Shown: positions 35,401 to 44,219 of the stretch, one piece after another
Numbering within the stretch: the stretch's first letter is position 1
How the letters are laid out: every line of letters starts with the position of its first letter
Notes under the pieces: generated by a model
Told to the model about the DNA's origin: nothing
Seen by the model: the letters and a program-made list of their open reading frames with translations, nothing else
The model's database searches: none
Translations under genes and position numbers: made by a program
Source: Thermoanaerobaculia bacterium
GTDB taxonomy: Bacteria > Acidobacteriota > Thermoanaerobaculia > Gp7-AA8
DNA: 57,561 nt
Reading direction: 5' to 3'
Assembly (NCBI GenBank): GCA_016650215.1
Contig: JAENWF010000033.1
Span: 1-57,561, forward strand

Positions 35401-38165
35401 GCTACGACCACAACCGCATCGATCTAATCCCGGAGAAGAAGAACTACAAACCGGGTGACACGGCGCGGATCATGATCAAGTCGCCGTGGGAGCGCGCGAC
35501 CGCGCTGCTTACGACCGAGCGCGAAGGCGTCCGCACGTGGACGCCGTTCGAGCTGACATCGACGCAGCAGACGATCACCGTTCCGATCACCGAGCGCGAC
35601 ATCCCGAACGTCTTCATCTCCGTCCTTCTGATCAAAGGACGGACGCAGCAGCCGGTGACCGAGGATGCAGGCGATCCCGGCAAGCCGGCGTTCCGCCTCG
35701 GCTATGTCGAATTGAAGGTCGAGGACGCGCTCAAGCGACTCAAGGTCGACGTTGACGCCGACCGCGACGAGTTCCGTCCCGGCTCGAAAGCGCGCGTCGA
35801 CGTGAACGTGAAGGACGCGAGCGGTAAACCCTCGCAGTCTGAGGTCACGTTGTGGGCAGTCGATTACGGCGTGCTTTCGCTGACCGCGTACCAGACGCCC
35901 GATGTGCTCGACTCGATCTATCTCGACAAGGCGCTGCAGGTGCTCAACGAAGACTCGCGCCAGCGGATCGTCAGCCGCCGCGTGCTCACTCCGAAAGGGG
36001 CGAGCGACGGCGGAGGCGGCGGACGCGACGCGGGACCGGGGACGATGCGGAAAGATTTCCGCGTGCTCGCGTTCTGGCTCGGCTCGATCGTCACCGACGC
36101 GAGCGGCAAGGCCCGAACCGAGGTGAAGCTGCCGGAATCGCTGACGACGTACCGGATCATGGCGGTTGCTGGCGACCGCACGTCGCGGTTCGGATGGGCG
36201 CAGGACGAGATCAAGGTCAACAAACCGCTGATGCTGACGCCGGCGTTCCCGCGATTCCTGACGCCGGGAGACACCGCGACGTTCGGCGCCGCGGTTCACA
36301 ACCAGCTCAAGCGCGGCGGGAAGGCGACGGTCACCATCAAGTCGCTCGACCCGAGTGTCATCACGATCAACGGATCCGATCGCGCGACGATCGAGATCAA
36401 GCCGGGCGCCGCATCGGAAGTCCGATTCGATGCAGTCGCGCGTTCGGTCGGGATCGCACGCATTCAGATGAGCGTGAAGATGGGACGCGAGAGCGATTCA
36501 TTCGAAGATGTGATTCCGGTGCGCGTGCTGGTCAGTCCCGAGACTGTTGCCGCATACGGCGAGGCGAAACCGAAGGCGAGCGAGAAACTCGAGCTGCCTA
36601 CGAATGTGGTTCCTGGATTTGGCGGGCTGCGACTCGAGCTCTCGTCGACCGCCATGGTCGGCCTAGGCGAAGGGGCGCGGTACCTGGTCGAGTATCCGTA
36701 CGGCTGCGCCGAACAGCGCGCGTCGACAGGACTCGCGTTGATGCTCGCGGCCGACCTCGGCGAAGCATTTGACCTGCCGGGCGTCGATGCCGCGAATGCG
36801 CGGCCGATGGCGCAGTCGAATCTCACACGTCTCGAGCAGTTCCAGTGCGGCAACGGCGGGTTCGCATTCTGGCCGGGCCAGTGCACCAGCGTCTCGCCGT
36901 ATCTATCGAGTTACGTGATGCATGTCCTGCAGCGTGGCAAGAAGCTTGGCTACAACGTCAGTGATGACACGCTCAATCGCGGCTACGAGTACCTCACGCG
37001 CAATTTGAGCGAGACACCGGGGCCGGTGAACGAAGGCTGGTGGCCTGCGTACACCGCGTGGCAGGCCTTCGCGGTGAAGGTGCTGGCCGAGGGCGGACGC
37101 AATGCTGACTCGCACATCAATCGGCTCTTTGGATACGCCGATCGGATGCCGATCTTCGGCATCTCGCATCTCGCCGACGCACTGATCGCGAAAGGCGAGA
37201 AGGGTGAGCGGCTCGACGATCTGCTGCGCCGCATCCGCAACGCGATGCTGCCTGAAGCGGGATTCGCGCATGTGGGCGAGCTGTCGGATCCTTACCTTCT
37301 CTGGTTCTGGAACTCGAACGTCCGCTCGACCGCGATCGCGATGGGGACGCTCGTCCGCAACGGCTCGGATGAAGAGCTCGTGAAGCGGATGGTGCGCTGG
37401 CTCATGCGTGTCCGGAAGGATGGGCGATGGGGCAACACGCAGGAAAACGCGTGGGCGATGGGCTCACTCGTGGACTATTACCGCAAGTACGAATCGGAGG
37501 CGCCCGACTTTGCCGGCATCGTGACACTCGGTGCGGCGACGATCGCGCAGGAAGAGTTCCGCGGCCGCTCGACCGAGGCGAAAACGAAAGAGATTCCGAT
37601 CGGACAGCTCTCCTCGGGAACGATCACGTTCGACCGGCAGGGGAGCGGGACACTCTTCTATCTGATGCGGCTGCGCTACGCATCGCTCGAGCGCAATCTC
37701 GGCGCGATGAATCAGGGATTCGTCGTGGAGCGTCGTTACGACGTGAACGACGCCGTGGCGTCGCAGTTCAAGGCAGGCGACCTGGTGCGCGTCACGCTGA
37801 CCATCCGCAACACCAAGGAGCGGCGCTTCGTCGCGGTGACCGATCCGATTCCAGCGGGGACGGAGCCGGTCGACACGCTCTTCGCGACGACAGCAAGCGA
37901 CGCCAACGAGCAGCGGCGAGAAAGCGCGCGGGCGAGCGACTGGACGGCGTGGTGGCAGCGCGGAGGGTGGGATCACGAGGAGCGTCACGACGATCGCATC
38001 AACGTCTTCGCGACGCGTCTCAGCGAGGGCGAGCACACGTACACATACCTGCTGCGCGCGACGACATCGGGCACCTTCATGACCGCGCCGGCGCATGTCG
38101 AAGAGATGTACGAGCCTGAAGTCTTCGGGCGAACCGCCTCGAGCATCATCGAGGTCAGTAAGTGA
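32427..38165 (+). CDS. bacterial alpha-2-macroglobulin family protein (YfhM/ECAM type), 1912 aa
   Basis: Signal peptide MKRFFFPALFLIATYASA. Intact thioester motif YPYGCAEQRAS (CAEQ at 36705-36716). Its size and the immediately downstream pbpC match the known A2M-PBP1C gene pairing. Confidence 0.9.
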   Translation: MKRFFFPALFLIATYASAANTLRVTTAGPVGEVATLREANEVRVVFSEPMVALGKIPEPVTAPFLRIDPPVAGTFRWSGTTTLIFTPKAPLPFSKRFEVTVDASAKSVAGNTLDRVYRFAFMTPSIRLTSTEWYRKGGRADAPVIIALRFNQPVDVAAIVQHLQLRTAAHDVQVPQIMAPAKAGADFSAKQARAVAAGAAGGVNVFANLAQQWDKERFPPANDLVVLETKPGIVSDTWIEVLLDDKLAGRSQQYTVQLEPMFFVNGMGCRYECDPDSSNPIDFRSMGGVRFDDVSKVVTVTDITDPAKEVKLIPKTQPREYDYPSTSYTLDELGYTTQPARTYRVRVEPSLPSIDGQRLDYVWTGVVEYWHRTAFISFGDGHGVWESSGGSILPFHARNVRSVQQWLAPLSLDELVPTIVALQNNGYRSAPPKTQPKSRALEVVPDKTQSIGLDIAPAIGSDNKGLLWAAMKPANPIAKSRLNDPSTRASIVQATNLGISVKDSPLNTLVLVTRLDDGAPVAAANVTIRTVDNKVFWSGTTDAHGIAIAEGTRLRIKKRDKPQKPAAPNMMQEDQSDYEWWRVFNDLHFVVTAEKDGDIAYVGSDWNEGITPWEFNANFTPDEALPLLRGTIFTDRGVYKLGEEVNAKLVVRSDTPTGMQLLPSGTKISVALRDSQNKEIAKKELSLNDWSSSEWQFRVPADAPLGTWTMFARIEGQERQINGDFLVAAYRRPDFRVDVTLDAPTSIAGTNVTGRTAGRYLYGGAMANRDARWTWSKMPSWDVPQSIRERWPADRYTFLGWDDDRPSDRVTVTSEEPELDAQGNLTLTLPTEKSDGWPYDYRLETEVTDVTRQRIANRATFRVDPAPWYIGVKTPPYFGEAKNGIDTEIVAAGVDGLGVAGVRVQVSLLKVQYNSVRRASGNGFYEWETERKDVPSGEWTITTQSQPVPLRIPIAEGGQYRLIATANDGDGRTTTTRLWFYASGPGYSAWERYDHNRIDLIPEKKNYKPGDTARIMIKSPWERATALLTTEREGVRTWTPFELTSTQQTITVPITERDIPNVFISVLLIKGRTQQPVTEDAGDPGKPAFRLGYVELKVEDALKRLKVDVDADRDEFRPGSKARVDVNVKDASGKPSQSEVTLWAVDYGVLSLTAYQTPDVLDSIYLDKALQVLNEDSRQRIVSRRVLTPKGASDGGGGGRDAGPGTMRKDFRVLAFWLGSIVTDASGKARTEVKLPESLTTYRIMAVAGDRTSRFGWAQDEIKVNKPLMLTPAFPRFLTPGDTATFGAAVHNQLKRGGKATVTIKSLDPSVITINGSDRATIEIKPGAASEVRFDAVARSVGIARIQMSVKMGRESDSFEDVIPVRVLVSPETVAAYGEAKPKASEKLELPTNVVPGFGGLRLELSSTAMVGLGEGARYLVEYPYGCAEQRASTGLALMLAADLGEAFDLPGVDAANARPMAQSNLTRLEQFQCGNGGFAFWPGQCTSVSPYLSSYVMHVLQRGKKLGYNVSDDTLNRGYEYLTRNLSETPGPVNEGWWPAYTAWQAFAVKVLAEGGRNADSHINRLFGYADRMPIFGISHLADALIAKGEKGERLDDLLRRIRNAMLPEAGFAHVGELSDPYLLWFWNSNVRSTAIAMGTLVRNGSDEELVKRMVRWLMRVRKDGRWGNTQENAWAMGSLVDYYRKYESEAPDFAGIVTLGAATIAQEEFRGRSTEAKTKEIPIGQLSSGTITFDRQGSGTLFYLMRLRYASLERNLGAMNQGFVVERRYDVNDAVASQFKAGDLVRVTLTIRNTKERRFVAVTDPIPAGTEPVDTLFATTASDANEQRRESARASDWTAWWQRGGWDHEERHDDRINVFATRLSEGEHTYTYLLRATTSGTFMTAPAHVEEMYEPEVFGRTASSIIEVSK

Positions 38166-40390
38166 ATCCTCGCGAACTCATTCGGACTCTGTGTGGCGCC
38201 GCCGTGATTCTCATCGCGGTCGCGGCCTGGATCCGACTCGGGCCGATCGCGCCGGAGGTGCTCGATCAGCGGCGATTCATCTCGTCGACGATCGTCGATC
38301 GGAATGGTGTCGTTCTGTACGAGCCGCTTTCGGCGAGCGGGGGCCGCGGTATCGCGCTGACATCAACGTCGTTGCCGCTGCGCGTGGTCGACGCGACGCT
38401 CGCGGCGGAGGATCGGCGCTTTTTTCGCCATCCCGGCGTCGATCCGATCGCGGTCGCGCGCGCAGCGTGGCACAACGTGAAGAACGCGGGCCTCGTCGAG
38501 GGAGGCTCGACACTGTCGCAGCAGACCGCAAAGCTGCTGCTCGGCTCGCGCGATCGCGGCGTCGCGACGAAGGTCCGCGAGACGTTGCTGGCACTGAGGA
38601 TCGAGCATCGATTCAGCAAGCGCGAGATCCTCGCGATGTATCTGAATCTCGCGCCATACGGCAACCGGATTCACGGCATCTCGCGCGCAAGCCGAGTCTA
38701 CTTTGGCTGCGCGCCGGAAGATCTGACGCACGCGCAGGCGGCGTTTCTTGCGTCACTGCCGCAGAGACCCGGCGCGTTCAACCCGCTGCGCGATGCGACG
38801 CGCGCGGTGCCGAGGCAGCGATACGTGCTCTCGCGGATGAAGATGCCGGCGAATGAGCGCGCACAGGCGCTGCGCGAGCGTCTCGAGCTCTCGGGCGGCG
38901 GCGAGCCGCTCGTCGCCCAGCATTTCGTCGAGAGGGTGCTCGAGCGGAGCAACACGCCCGTCATCAGGACGACGCTCGACGTCGGGTTGCAGCGCGAAGT
39001 TCTCGGCATCATCGCCGCGCAGCGGCAAAGACTCATCGCTCACGGCGCGACGAGCGTCGCAGTGGCTGTGCTCGACAACCGCACGGGCGACTGGCTCGCG
39101 TGGGAAGGTTCGGGCGATTACTTCGGCGACGGCTTCGGCGGCGCGATCGATGCGGTCGTGACGCCGCGTCAGCCCGGCTCGACGCTCAAGCCCTTCACGT
39201 ACGCGCTCGCATTCGAGAGGGGATACTCGCCGGCGACGGTGCTCCCCGATGTTGTCTCGAATTTTCCGACCGCGGAGGAAGGCGTCGTCTATTCGCCGCG
39301 CAACTACGATGGCCGCTATCGCGGGCCGCTGCGCGTGCGAAGCGCGCTCGCCGGATCGCAGAACGTGCCGGCAGTCGCCATGCTCGCGCAGCTCGGCACG
39401 CCGTCGCTCCATCGCCTTCTCCGCAACGCCGGCTTCACAAACCTCACGAAGACCGCCGACTACTACGGCCTCGGCCTCACCCTCGGCGACGCCGAGGTAA
39501 GACTCGACCAGTTGATCGCTGCCTACGCAGCGTTCGCGCGCGGAGGACGCCCGATCACGCCGCGGTTTCGATTCGATGACCCTCGACCCTCGACTCTCGA
39601 CCCTCGACCCTTGTTTTCCAAAACGACCTCCTTCTGGATCGCCGACATCCTCTCCGACCGTGCCGCGCGCGAGTACGCCTTCGGCAGCGGCGGCAGTCTC
39701 GACTTTCCGTTCCGCGTCGCGGTCAAGACCGGAACCTCGCAGGCGTATCGCGACAACTGGACGATCGGCTTTACGCGCGACGTCACCGTCGGCGTCTGGG
39801 TAGGAAACTTCGATCGAGAAGAGCTGCGCAACTCGACAGGCGTGACCGGCGCAGCGCCAATCTTCAACGCGGTCATGCTCGCGGCAGTGAAGCGCGTGCG
39901 CGGCTCGTTGCCGATCGGCGACGAAGAGCCGATCGTCGCTCCGCCGGATGATCTCGAGGAGGTTGCGATCTGCGCGTTGTCCGGCCTCCGGCCTTCGACG
40001 TTCTGCGAGTCGACGGAGCGCGAGTGGGCGCGAAAGGATGCGCCGGCCGAATTCTGCTCGTGGCATCACGATGAGTATGTCGACTGGCCGCCTGAATATC
40101 GCGCGTGGGCTCGCGCAGCGTTGCCACCCGCGCCGCAACCGCGGCGCCCGCCCGCGCAAAGAATGGCTGCTCTGCGCGTCGTCAATCCGCCGGACGGCGC
40201 GACGTATCTAATCGATCCGACCCTGCGCAGCGGATTTCAGACGCTGAAGTTCCGCGCGACCGCGAGTGCGCGATGGGAAATCAACGGCCGCGCCGTCCCC
40301 TCGTCATGGCCGCTCCAACGCGGCAAACACACGATCGCCGCCGTCGATGGGCGCGGGAATCGGGACGAGGTCGAGATTTACGTAAAGTAG
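38162..40390 (+). CDS. pbpC: penicillin-binding protein 1C (bifunctional glycosyltransferase/transpeptidase)
   Basis: GT51 motifs EDRRFFRHPGVD and GGSTLSQQ. Transpeptidase motifs STLK, SQN and KTGTS. PBP1C-type C-terminal domain. GTG at 38162 overlaps the A2M TGA (GTGA). Confidence 0.9.
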   Translation: MNPRELIRTLCGAAVILIAVAAWIRLGPIAPEVLDQRRFISSTIVDRNGVVLYEPLSASGGRGIALTSTSLPLRVVDATLAAEDRRFFRHPGVDPIAVARAAWHNVKNAGLVEGGSTLSQQTAKLLLGSRDRGVATKVRETLLALRIEHRFSKREILAMYLNLAPYGNRIHGISRASRVYFGCAPEDLTHAQAAFLASLPQRPGAFNPLRDATRAVPRQRYVLSRMKMPANERAQALRERLELSGGGEPLVAQHFVERVLERSNTPVIRTTLDVGLQREVLGIIAAQRQRLIAHGATSVAVAVLDNRTGDWLAWEGSGDYFGDGFGGAIDAVVTPRQPGSTLKPFTYALAFERGYSPATVLPDVVSNFPTAEEGVVYSPRNYDGRYRGPLRVRSALAGSQNVPAVAMLAQLGTPSLHRLLRNAGFTNLTKTADYYGLGLTLGDAEVRLDQLIAAYAAFARGGRPITPRFRFDDPRPSTLDPRPLFSKTTSFWIADILSDRAAREYAFGSGGSLDFPFRVAVKTGTSQAYRDNWTIGFTRDVTVGVWVGNFDREELRNSTGVTGAAPIFNAVMLAAVKRVRGSLPIGDEEPIVAPPDDLEEVAICALSGLRPSTFCESTEREWARKDAPAEFCSWHHDEYVDWPPEYRAWARAALPPAPQPRRPPAQRMAALRVVNPPDGATYLIDPTLRSGFQTLKFRATASARWEINGRAVPSSWPLQRGKHTIAAVDGRGNRDEVEIYVK
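39578..39612 (+). repeat. 5-unit heptamer tandem array inside the pbpC CDS
   Basis: GACCCTC GACCCTC GACTCTC GACCCTC GACCCTT, which encodes DDPRPSTLDPRPL. Confidence 0.9.
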
Positions 40391-40423
40391 TCATTCCGAG
40401 CCGAAAAGACGGCGAGGAATCGC
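40390..40423. repeat. solo family-A half element just after the pbpC stop
   Basis: GTCATTCCGAGCCGAAAAGACGGCGAGGAATCGC. Compare GTCATCCTGAGCCCGGGAAGACGGCGAAGGATC (reverse complement at 12945-12980) and CCTGAGCCGCGAAGACGGCGAAGGATC at 44706. Confidence 0.7.
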
Positions 40424-40511
40424 TCGAACTCGTGATACTCGCACGGGTCGTCCTCGCTCGATCCAGTATCCCTTCGGAACCGACGGTGCGCCCGTGCGAC
40501 TGCGCCATCGT

Positions 40512-40898
40512 CTACACCTTCCGCACTGGTCCGCCGTAACGGGCCAGTTGTGCGTCCGCCGTGAGCAGAGTGATCCCCTCGACGAGGGCCTGCGCGAGCA
40601 GCATGCGGTCGAATGGGTCTCTATGCAGCGGAGGCAAGGTGTCGGTGCTCACGGCGTGCTGGCTGGTGATCGGCAGCTCGGTGTAACCGTTGTCGAGCAG
40701 TCCTCGGCGCAGCAGGCGAGGCTCGACGCGGAAGTCGTCGCGCCCGAGACCATTCTTGATGGCGATCTCCCAGATGCTCGCAGCGCTGAAGAGGAGCTCG
40801 TTGCCGGGATTGTCGAGCTGCTTTCGCGCCGGGGCGGAGAGCCGCTCGGGCTGACCGGCCGCCCAGAGCAGAATCTGCGTGTCGAGCAGCAGCTTCAC
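40512..40898 (-). CDS. vapC: type II toxin, PIN-domain VapC
   Basis: MKLLLDTQILLW...ASIWEIAIK...DPFDRMLLAQA has the PIN acidic residues in the usual spacing. It overlaps the upstream antitoxin gene by 4 nt. Confidence 0.88.
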   Translation of the reverse strand: MKLLLDTQILLWAAGQPERLSAPARKQLDNPGNELLFSAASIWEIAIKNGLGRDDFRVEPRLLRRGLLDNGYTELPITSQHAVSTDTLPPLHRDPFDRMLLAQALVEGITLLTADAQLARYGGPVRKV

Positions 40899-41134
40899 GC
40901 CCGAGCCCCAAACAGCGCTTCGATCTCGCTCTCGCCCATCCGATCAAAGTCTTTCGGAACTGCGATCTCTCCGGCCATAAAGCCGAGGCGTTGCGGCGAA
41001 GAAGGCGCATCGAGCGCCGCTACTCTAACCAGCGGCTTCCCGGCTTTCGCAATGACGAACGACTCGCCCTTCGCAGCCTGATCGACCAGCTTGGAGAGCT
41101 GCGTCTTGGCTTCGTGGATGTTGACTGTAACCAA
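40895..41134 (-). CDS. type II antitoxin, Phd/YefM-type
   Basis: VTVNIHEAKTQLSKLVDQAAKGESFVIAKAGKPLVRV. No ATG is available. TTG at 41134 has GGAG 6 nt upstream, and the ORF-track TTG at 41146 has none. Confidence 0.8.
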   Translation of the reverse strand: MVTVNIHEAKTQLSKLVDQAAKGESFVIAKAGKPLVRVAALDAPSSPQRLGFMAGEIAVPKDFDRMGESEIEALFGARA

Positions 41135-41149
41135 TGCTGGCTCCAATAA

Positions 41150-41171
41150 ACTAAGTTGAGAGGACTAAGTT
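41150..41171 (-). promoter_or_regulatory. direct repeat ACTAAGTT-N6-ACTAAGTT upstream of the antitoxin, a candidate TA operator
   Basis: Copies at 41150-41157 and 41164-41171 in an AT-rich patch adjacent to the RBS. Confidence 0.4.
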
Positions 41172-41342
41172 CTACACGGTCATCGCCGGCGCGTCAACCG
41201 GCAAACGGATCGCGCCGGTGAGCAACTCCGGCGTCATCCCTTGTTTGATTGCAGGAGACTTGGCCAGCTTCGTTTCCAACGCCGCCACACAAACTTCAAG
41301 CGCGGAATGACGCGCTACACTGATTCTGAAATGGAGCGACAA

Positions 41343-42101
41343 ATGACGAAGCCTCTTATCGGCATTGGAGCCGACGTCAAAGTGACGGCAGGCAAGCGCG
41401 ACCGCGCGTTCGGGTACATGACCTACATCGAGGCGCTGCGGAGCGCGGGCGCGATTCCGGTTCTGCTCCCGCCGCAGCCTGAGAACGCGGCGGCTGTCAT
41501 GGCTGCGCTCGACGGGCTCGTGCTCGCAGGTGGATTCGATTGCGACCCTTCGATCTGGGGCGAAGAGGCGCATCCGAAATGCGAGCGGATGGATCCGCGG
41601 AGGCAGAGCAATGATCTTGCGCTCGCGCGGGCAGCGCACGAACAGCGAGTTCCCGCGCTCGGCGTCTGTCTCGGGCTGCAGATCATGAATGTCGCCAACG
41701 GCGGCACGCTGATGCAGGACATCGACTCCGAAGTGAAGACCGACATCCGCCACGGGAGCGATCCGAGCGACCGCGCGCGCCACGACATCGCGATCGAAAG
41801 CGGGACGCAACTCGCCTCCATCCTCGGCGCCGGCACCTTCAACGTGAATTCTTCGCACCATCAGGCCGTCCGAAACGTTGCGAAGGGCTTCCGCGTCACA
41901 GCGTATGCGCCCGATGGAATCGTTGAAGGTCTCGAGGATCCGAAGCATCCGTTCTATCTCGGCGTGCAGTGGCATCCCGAGGATATGGGCGGGGATGAAT
42001 CGGCGACGGGACTCTTCGCCGCGTTCATCGAGGCGGCGCGCGCACATGCACTGCGCCGGCTCGGTACTCTGTCACCGGCCGGTGTCAGCGTCTCGGAATA
42101 G
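41343..42101 (+). CDS. gamma-glutamyl-GABA hydrolase-like class I glutamine amidotransferase (peptidase C26)
   Basis: LGVCLGLQIMNVANGG (nucleophile Cys), NSSHHQAV, GVQWHPE. ATG at 41343 follows GGAG. Confidence 0.85.
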   Translation: MTKPLIGIGADVKVTAGKRDRAFGYMTYIEALRSAGAIPVLLPPQPENAAAVMAALDGLVLAGGFDCDPSIWGEEAHPKCERMDPRRQSNDLALARAAHEQRVPALGVCLGLQIMNVANGGTLMQDIDSEVKTDIRHGSDPSDRARHDIAIESGTQLASILGAGTFNVNSSHHQAVRNVAKGFRVTAYAPDGIVEGLEDPKHPFYLGVQWHPEDMGGDESATGLFAAFIEAARAHALRRLGTLSPAGVSVSE

Positions 42102-42146
42102 CGGGAGAATGCTTCGCAGTTTGCGAATTCGACGGAGGGTCCCTTC

Positions 42147-42992
42147 TTGAAACGTACCGCAACGCTGTTGGCGCTGATCGCGCTGACGATCGTGCCACAG
42201 GCTCAGGCCGGCACGGGATTCATCAAATCGCTCGCTGCCGCCGAGAAAGAGGCGAAAGCGAAGAAGCAGATGATCTTCGTCGACATGTTCGCGCAGTGGT
42301 GCGGATGGTGCCATCGCTTCGACAAGGAAGTGGTTCCGTCGGAAGTGTTTCAGAAGGCCACCGCGAACATGGTGCTTCTGCGCCTCGACACCGAGGATGC
42401 CGCGGAGGGGACGCGATTCGCGCAGAAGTACAAGATCTCGTCGCTTCCGACGTTTCTGGTTCTCAATTCCGATCTCAGCCTCGCGGCGGTGATCCGCGGC
42501 TACGCCCCGGCCCCGCAGTTCGTACAGATGCTCAACGGCGCACTCGAGCGGGACCTGGCCTTCAAGAAACTCGTCGCGTCCGAAAAACTGCTCCAGAAGG
42601 AATACGGCAAGCGGCTGGAGATCGCCGGGCAGTTCCGCGAGCGGCAGGCGTACGGTGAGAGTGAGACGCGGCTCAAGAAGCTGGTTGCGGAGAAGAACGT
42701 CCCGGCCGAGTTTCGCGACAAGGCCTTTCTCGAGCTCGCGACGCTATACATGCAGCAAAACCACTTCGAGAAGGTCTTCTCGACTGTCGCGGAGTTCGGC
42801 AAAGTGCAGACCAAGGGCGACTCACTCGAGCGGGCGAAGCTGATGATCAGCGAGGTTTATCTGGCCCAGGGCAACATGAAGGCGGCGATGCGCGAGCTGC
42901 GCAGCTTCAAGAACTCGTATCCAAACTCGAAGATGGCGAGTGAAGTCGCCGGTCTCCTCGTCAGCCTCGAGCGGCAGTACCCGCAGCAGTAG
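42147..42992 (+). CDS. secreted thioredoxin-fold protein with a TPR-like C-terminal half
   Basis: Signal peptide MKRTATLLALIALTIVPQAQA. FVDMFAQWCGWCHRFDKE (CxxC). TTG start after GGAGGG. Confidence 0.8.
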   Translation: MKRTATLLALIALTIVPQAQAGTGFIKSLAAAEKEAKAKKQMIFVDMFAQWCGWCHRFDKEVVPSEVFQKATANMVLLRLDTEDAAEGTRFAQKYKISSLPTFLVLNSDLSLAAVIRGYAPAPQFVQMLNGALERDLAFKKLVASEKLLQKEYGKRLEIAGQFRERQAYGESETRLKKLVAEKNVPAEFRDKAFLELATLYMQQNHFEKVFSTVAEFGKVQTKGDSLERAKLMISEVYLAQGNMKAAMRELRSFKNSYPNSKMASEVAGLLVSLERQYPQQ

Positions 42993-42998
42993 TCGACG

Positions 42999-44213
42999 AT
43001 GATCGCCCGCCTTTTTGTCGTACTCCTCCTCCTGGCTCCGGCCACGTTCGCGCAGAGCGGATTCAGCGCGGCCGACGCGCTGCCGAAAGTCACAATCGAA
43101 GGTGCCGTACACAAACGCACCGGCGACGCGGTCGAGGGAACGATCACCGCGAAGATCGCCGACGGCTGGCACATCAACTCCGCGAAGCCGCTCGATGAGT
43201 ATGCGATCCCGACGGCCCTGACGCTCGACGGCTTGACCGCTACGCTCGTCAACGCTACCTATCCGCAGCACGAGATGCATGCGTTCACATTCAGCGGCGG
43301 CCGCGAGATCGCGGTGTACGCCAGAACGATCTCGATCCCGTTCACGGCGACGCTGAAGGCGGGCGCGGCGGCAATCAATGCGTCGCTTCGCTATCAGGCG
43401 TGCAACGACAGCGTCTGCCTTCCGCCGAAGGACGCGATCGCGACGATCAGTTCGACGCCGGTCGCCGGAGCTCCTGCGACCACCGAAGGATTCGTCCCGC
43501 TGTCGGCCGCTCCCAAAAACTACAAGCCGGTTCCGCAGGACCGTCTTGCCAGGACGTTCGCATCCAGCGGTCTTCCGCTGACGCTCGGCATTCTGTTTCT
43601 CGGCGGACTCGCGCTGAACCTCACGCCGTGCGTCTTCCCGCTGATCCCGATCACGCTCGGCTTCTTCGCAATGCAGAGCGACGGCCGCCGCTCGCGACGA
43701 TTCGCGCTCTCGGCGATGTACGTCCTCGGCATCGTCATCATGTATTCGGCGCTCGGCGTCGCGGCAGCCCTCGGCGGAAAGATGTTTGGCGCGTGGCTGC
43801 AGCTTCCCGCGGTACTCGCGGGCTTCGCGCTGCTCATGCTCGTGCTCGCATCGTCGATGTTCGGCGCGTTCGATATCCAGCCGCCGCGCTGGATTGCGAA
43901 CCGCTCGCAGGGGCGCGCGGGACTTCTCGGCGCGCTGACGATGGGACTCGTGATCGGGATCGTTGCGGCGCCATGCGTCGGACCGGTCGTGATCTCGCTG
44001 CTGACACTCGTGGCGGCGATCGGCAAACCGGTCATCGGCGGCGCGATGTTCGCCGCGCTCGCATTCGGACTCGGCTTCCCGTATCTCGCGCTGCTCAACG
44101 TGCTGCCGCGGCCCGGCGAGTGGATGGTGCAGGTCAAGAAGGCGATGGGCTTCGTGCTCGTCGCGATGGCGTTCTACTTTCTTCGCCCGCTGACCGGCGA
44201 CGTGATCTTCTAG
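42999..44213 (+). CDS. dsbD: DsbD-type thiol:disulfide reductase, alpha domain plus TM1-6, ending at an in-frame TAG
   Basis: Alpha-domain YQACNDSVCLPP. TM cysteines NLTPCVFPLIP and VAAPCVGPV. TAG at 44211-44213 is in the same frame as the next ORF. Confidence 0.8.
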   Translation: MIARLFVVLLLLAPATFAQSGFSAADALPKVTIEGAVHKRTGDAVEGTITAKIADGWHINSAKPLDEYAIPTALTLDGLTATLVNATYPQHEMHAFTFSGGREIAVYARTISIPFTATLKAGAAAINASLRYQACNDSVCLPPKDAIATISSTPVAGAPATTEGFVPLSAAPKNYKPVPQDRLARTFASSGLPLTLGILFLGGLALNLTPCVFPLIPITLGFFAMQSDGRRSRRFALSAMYVLGIVIMYSALGVAAALGGKMFGAWLQLPAVLAGFALLMLVLASSMFGAFDIQPPRWIANRSQGRAGLLGALTMGLVIGIVAAPCVGPVVISLLTLVAAIGKPVIGGAMFAALAFGLGFPYLALLNVLPRPGEWMVQVKKAMGFVLVAMAFYFLRPLTGDVIF

Positions 44214-44219
44214 TGGGGA

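Noticed and set aside
38753-40159. 468-aa minus-strand ORF
   Set aside because: It lies entirely antisense to pbpC, which has all the PBP motifs. The translation is Arg-rich.
44211-44213. TAG in dsbD as a pyrrolysine codon
   Set aside because: There are no pyl genes or a PYLIS-like context here. Pyrrolysine use would be unexpected in this kind of organism.
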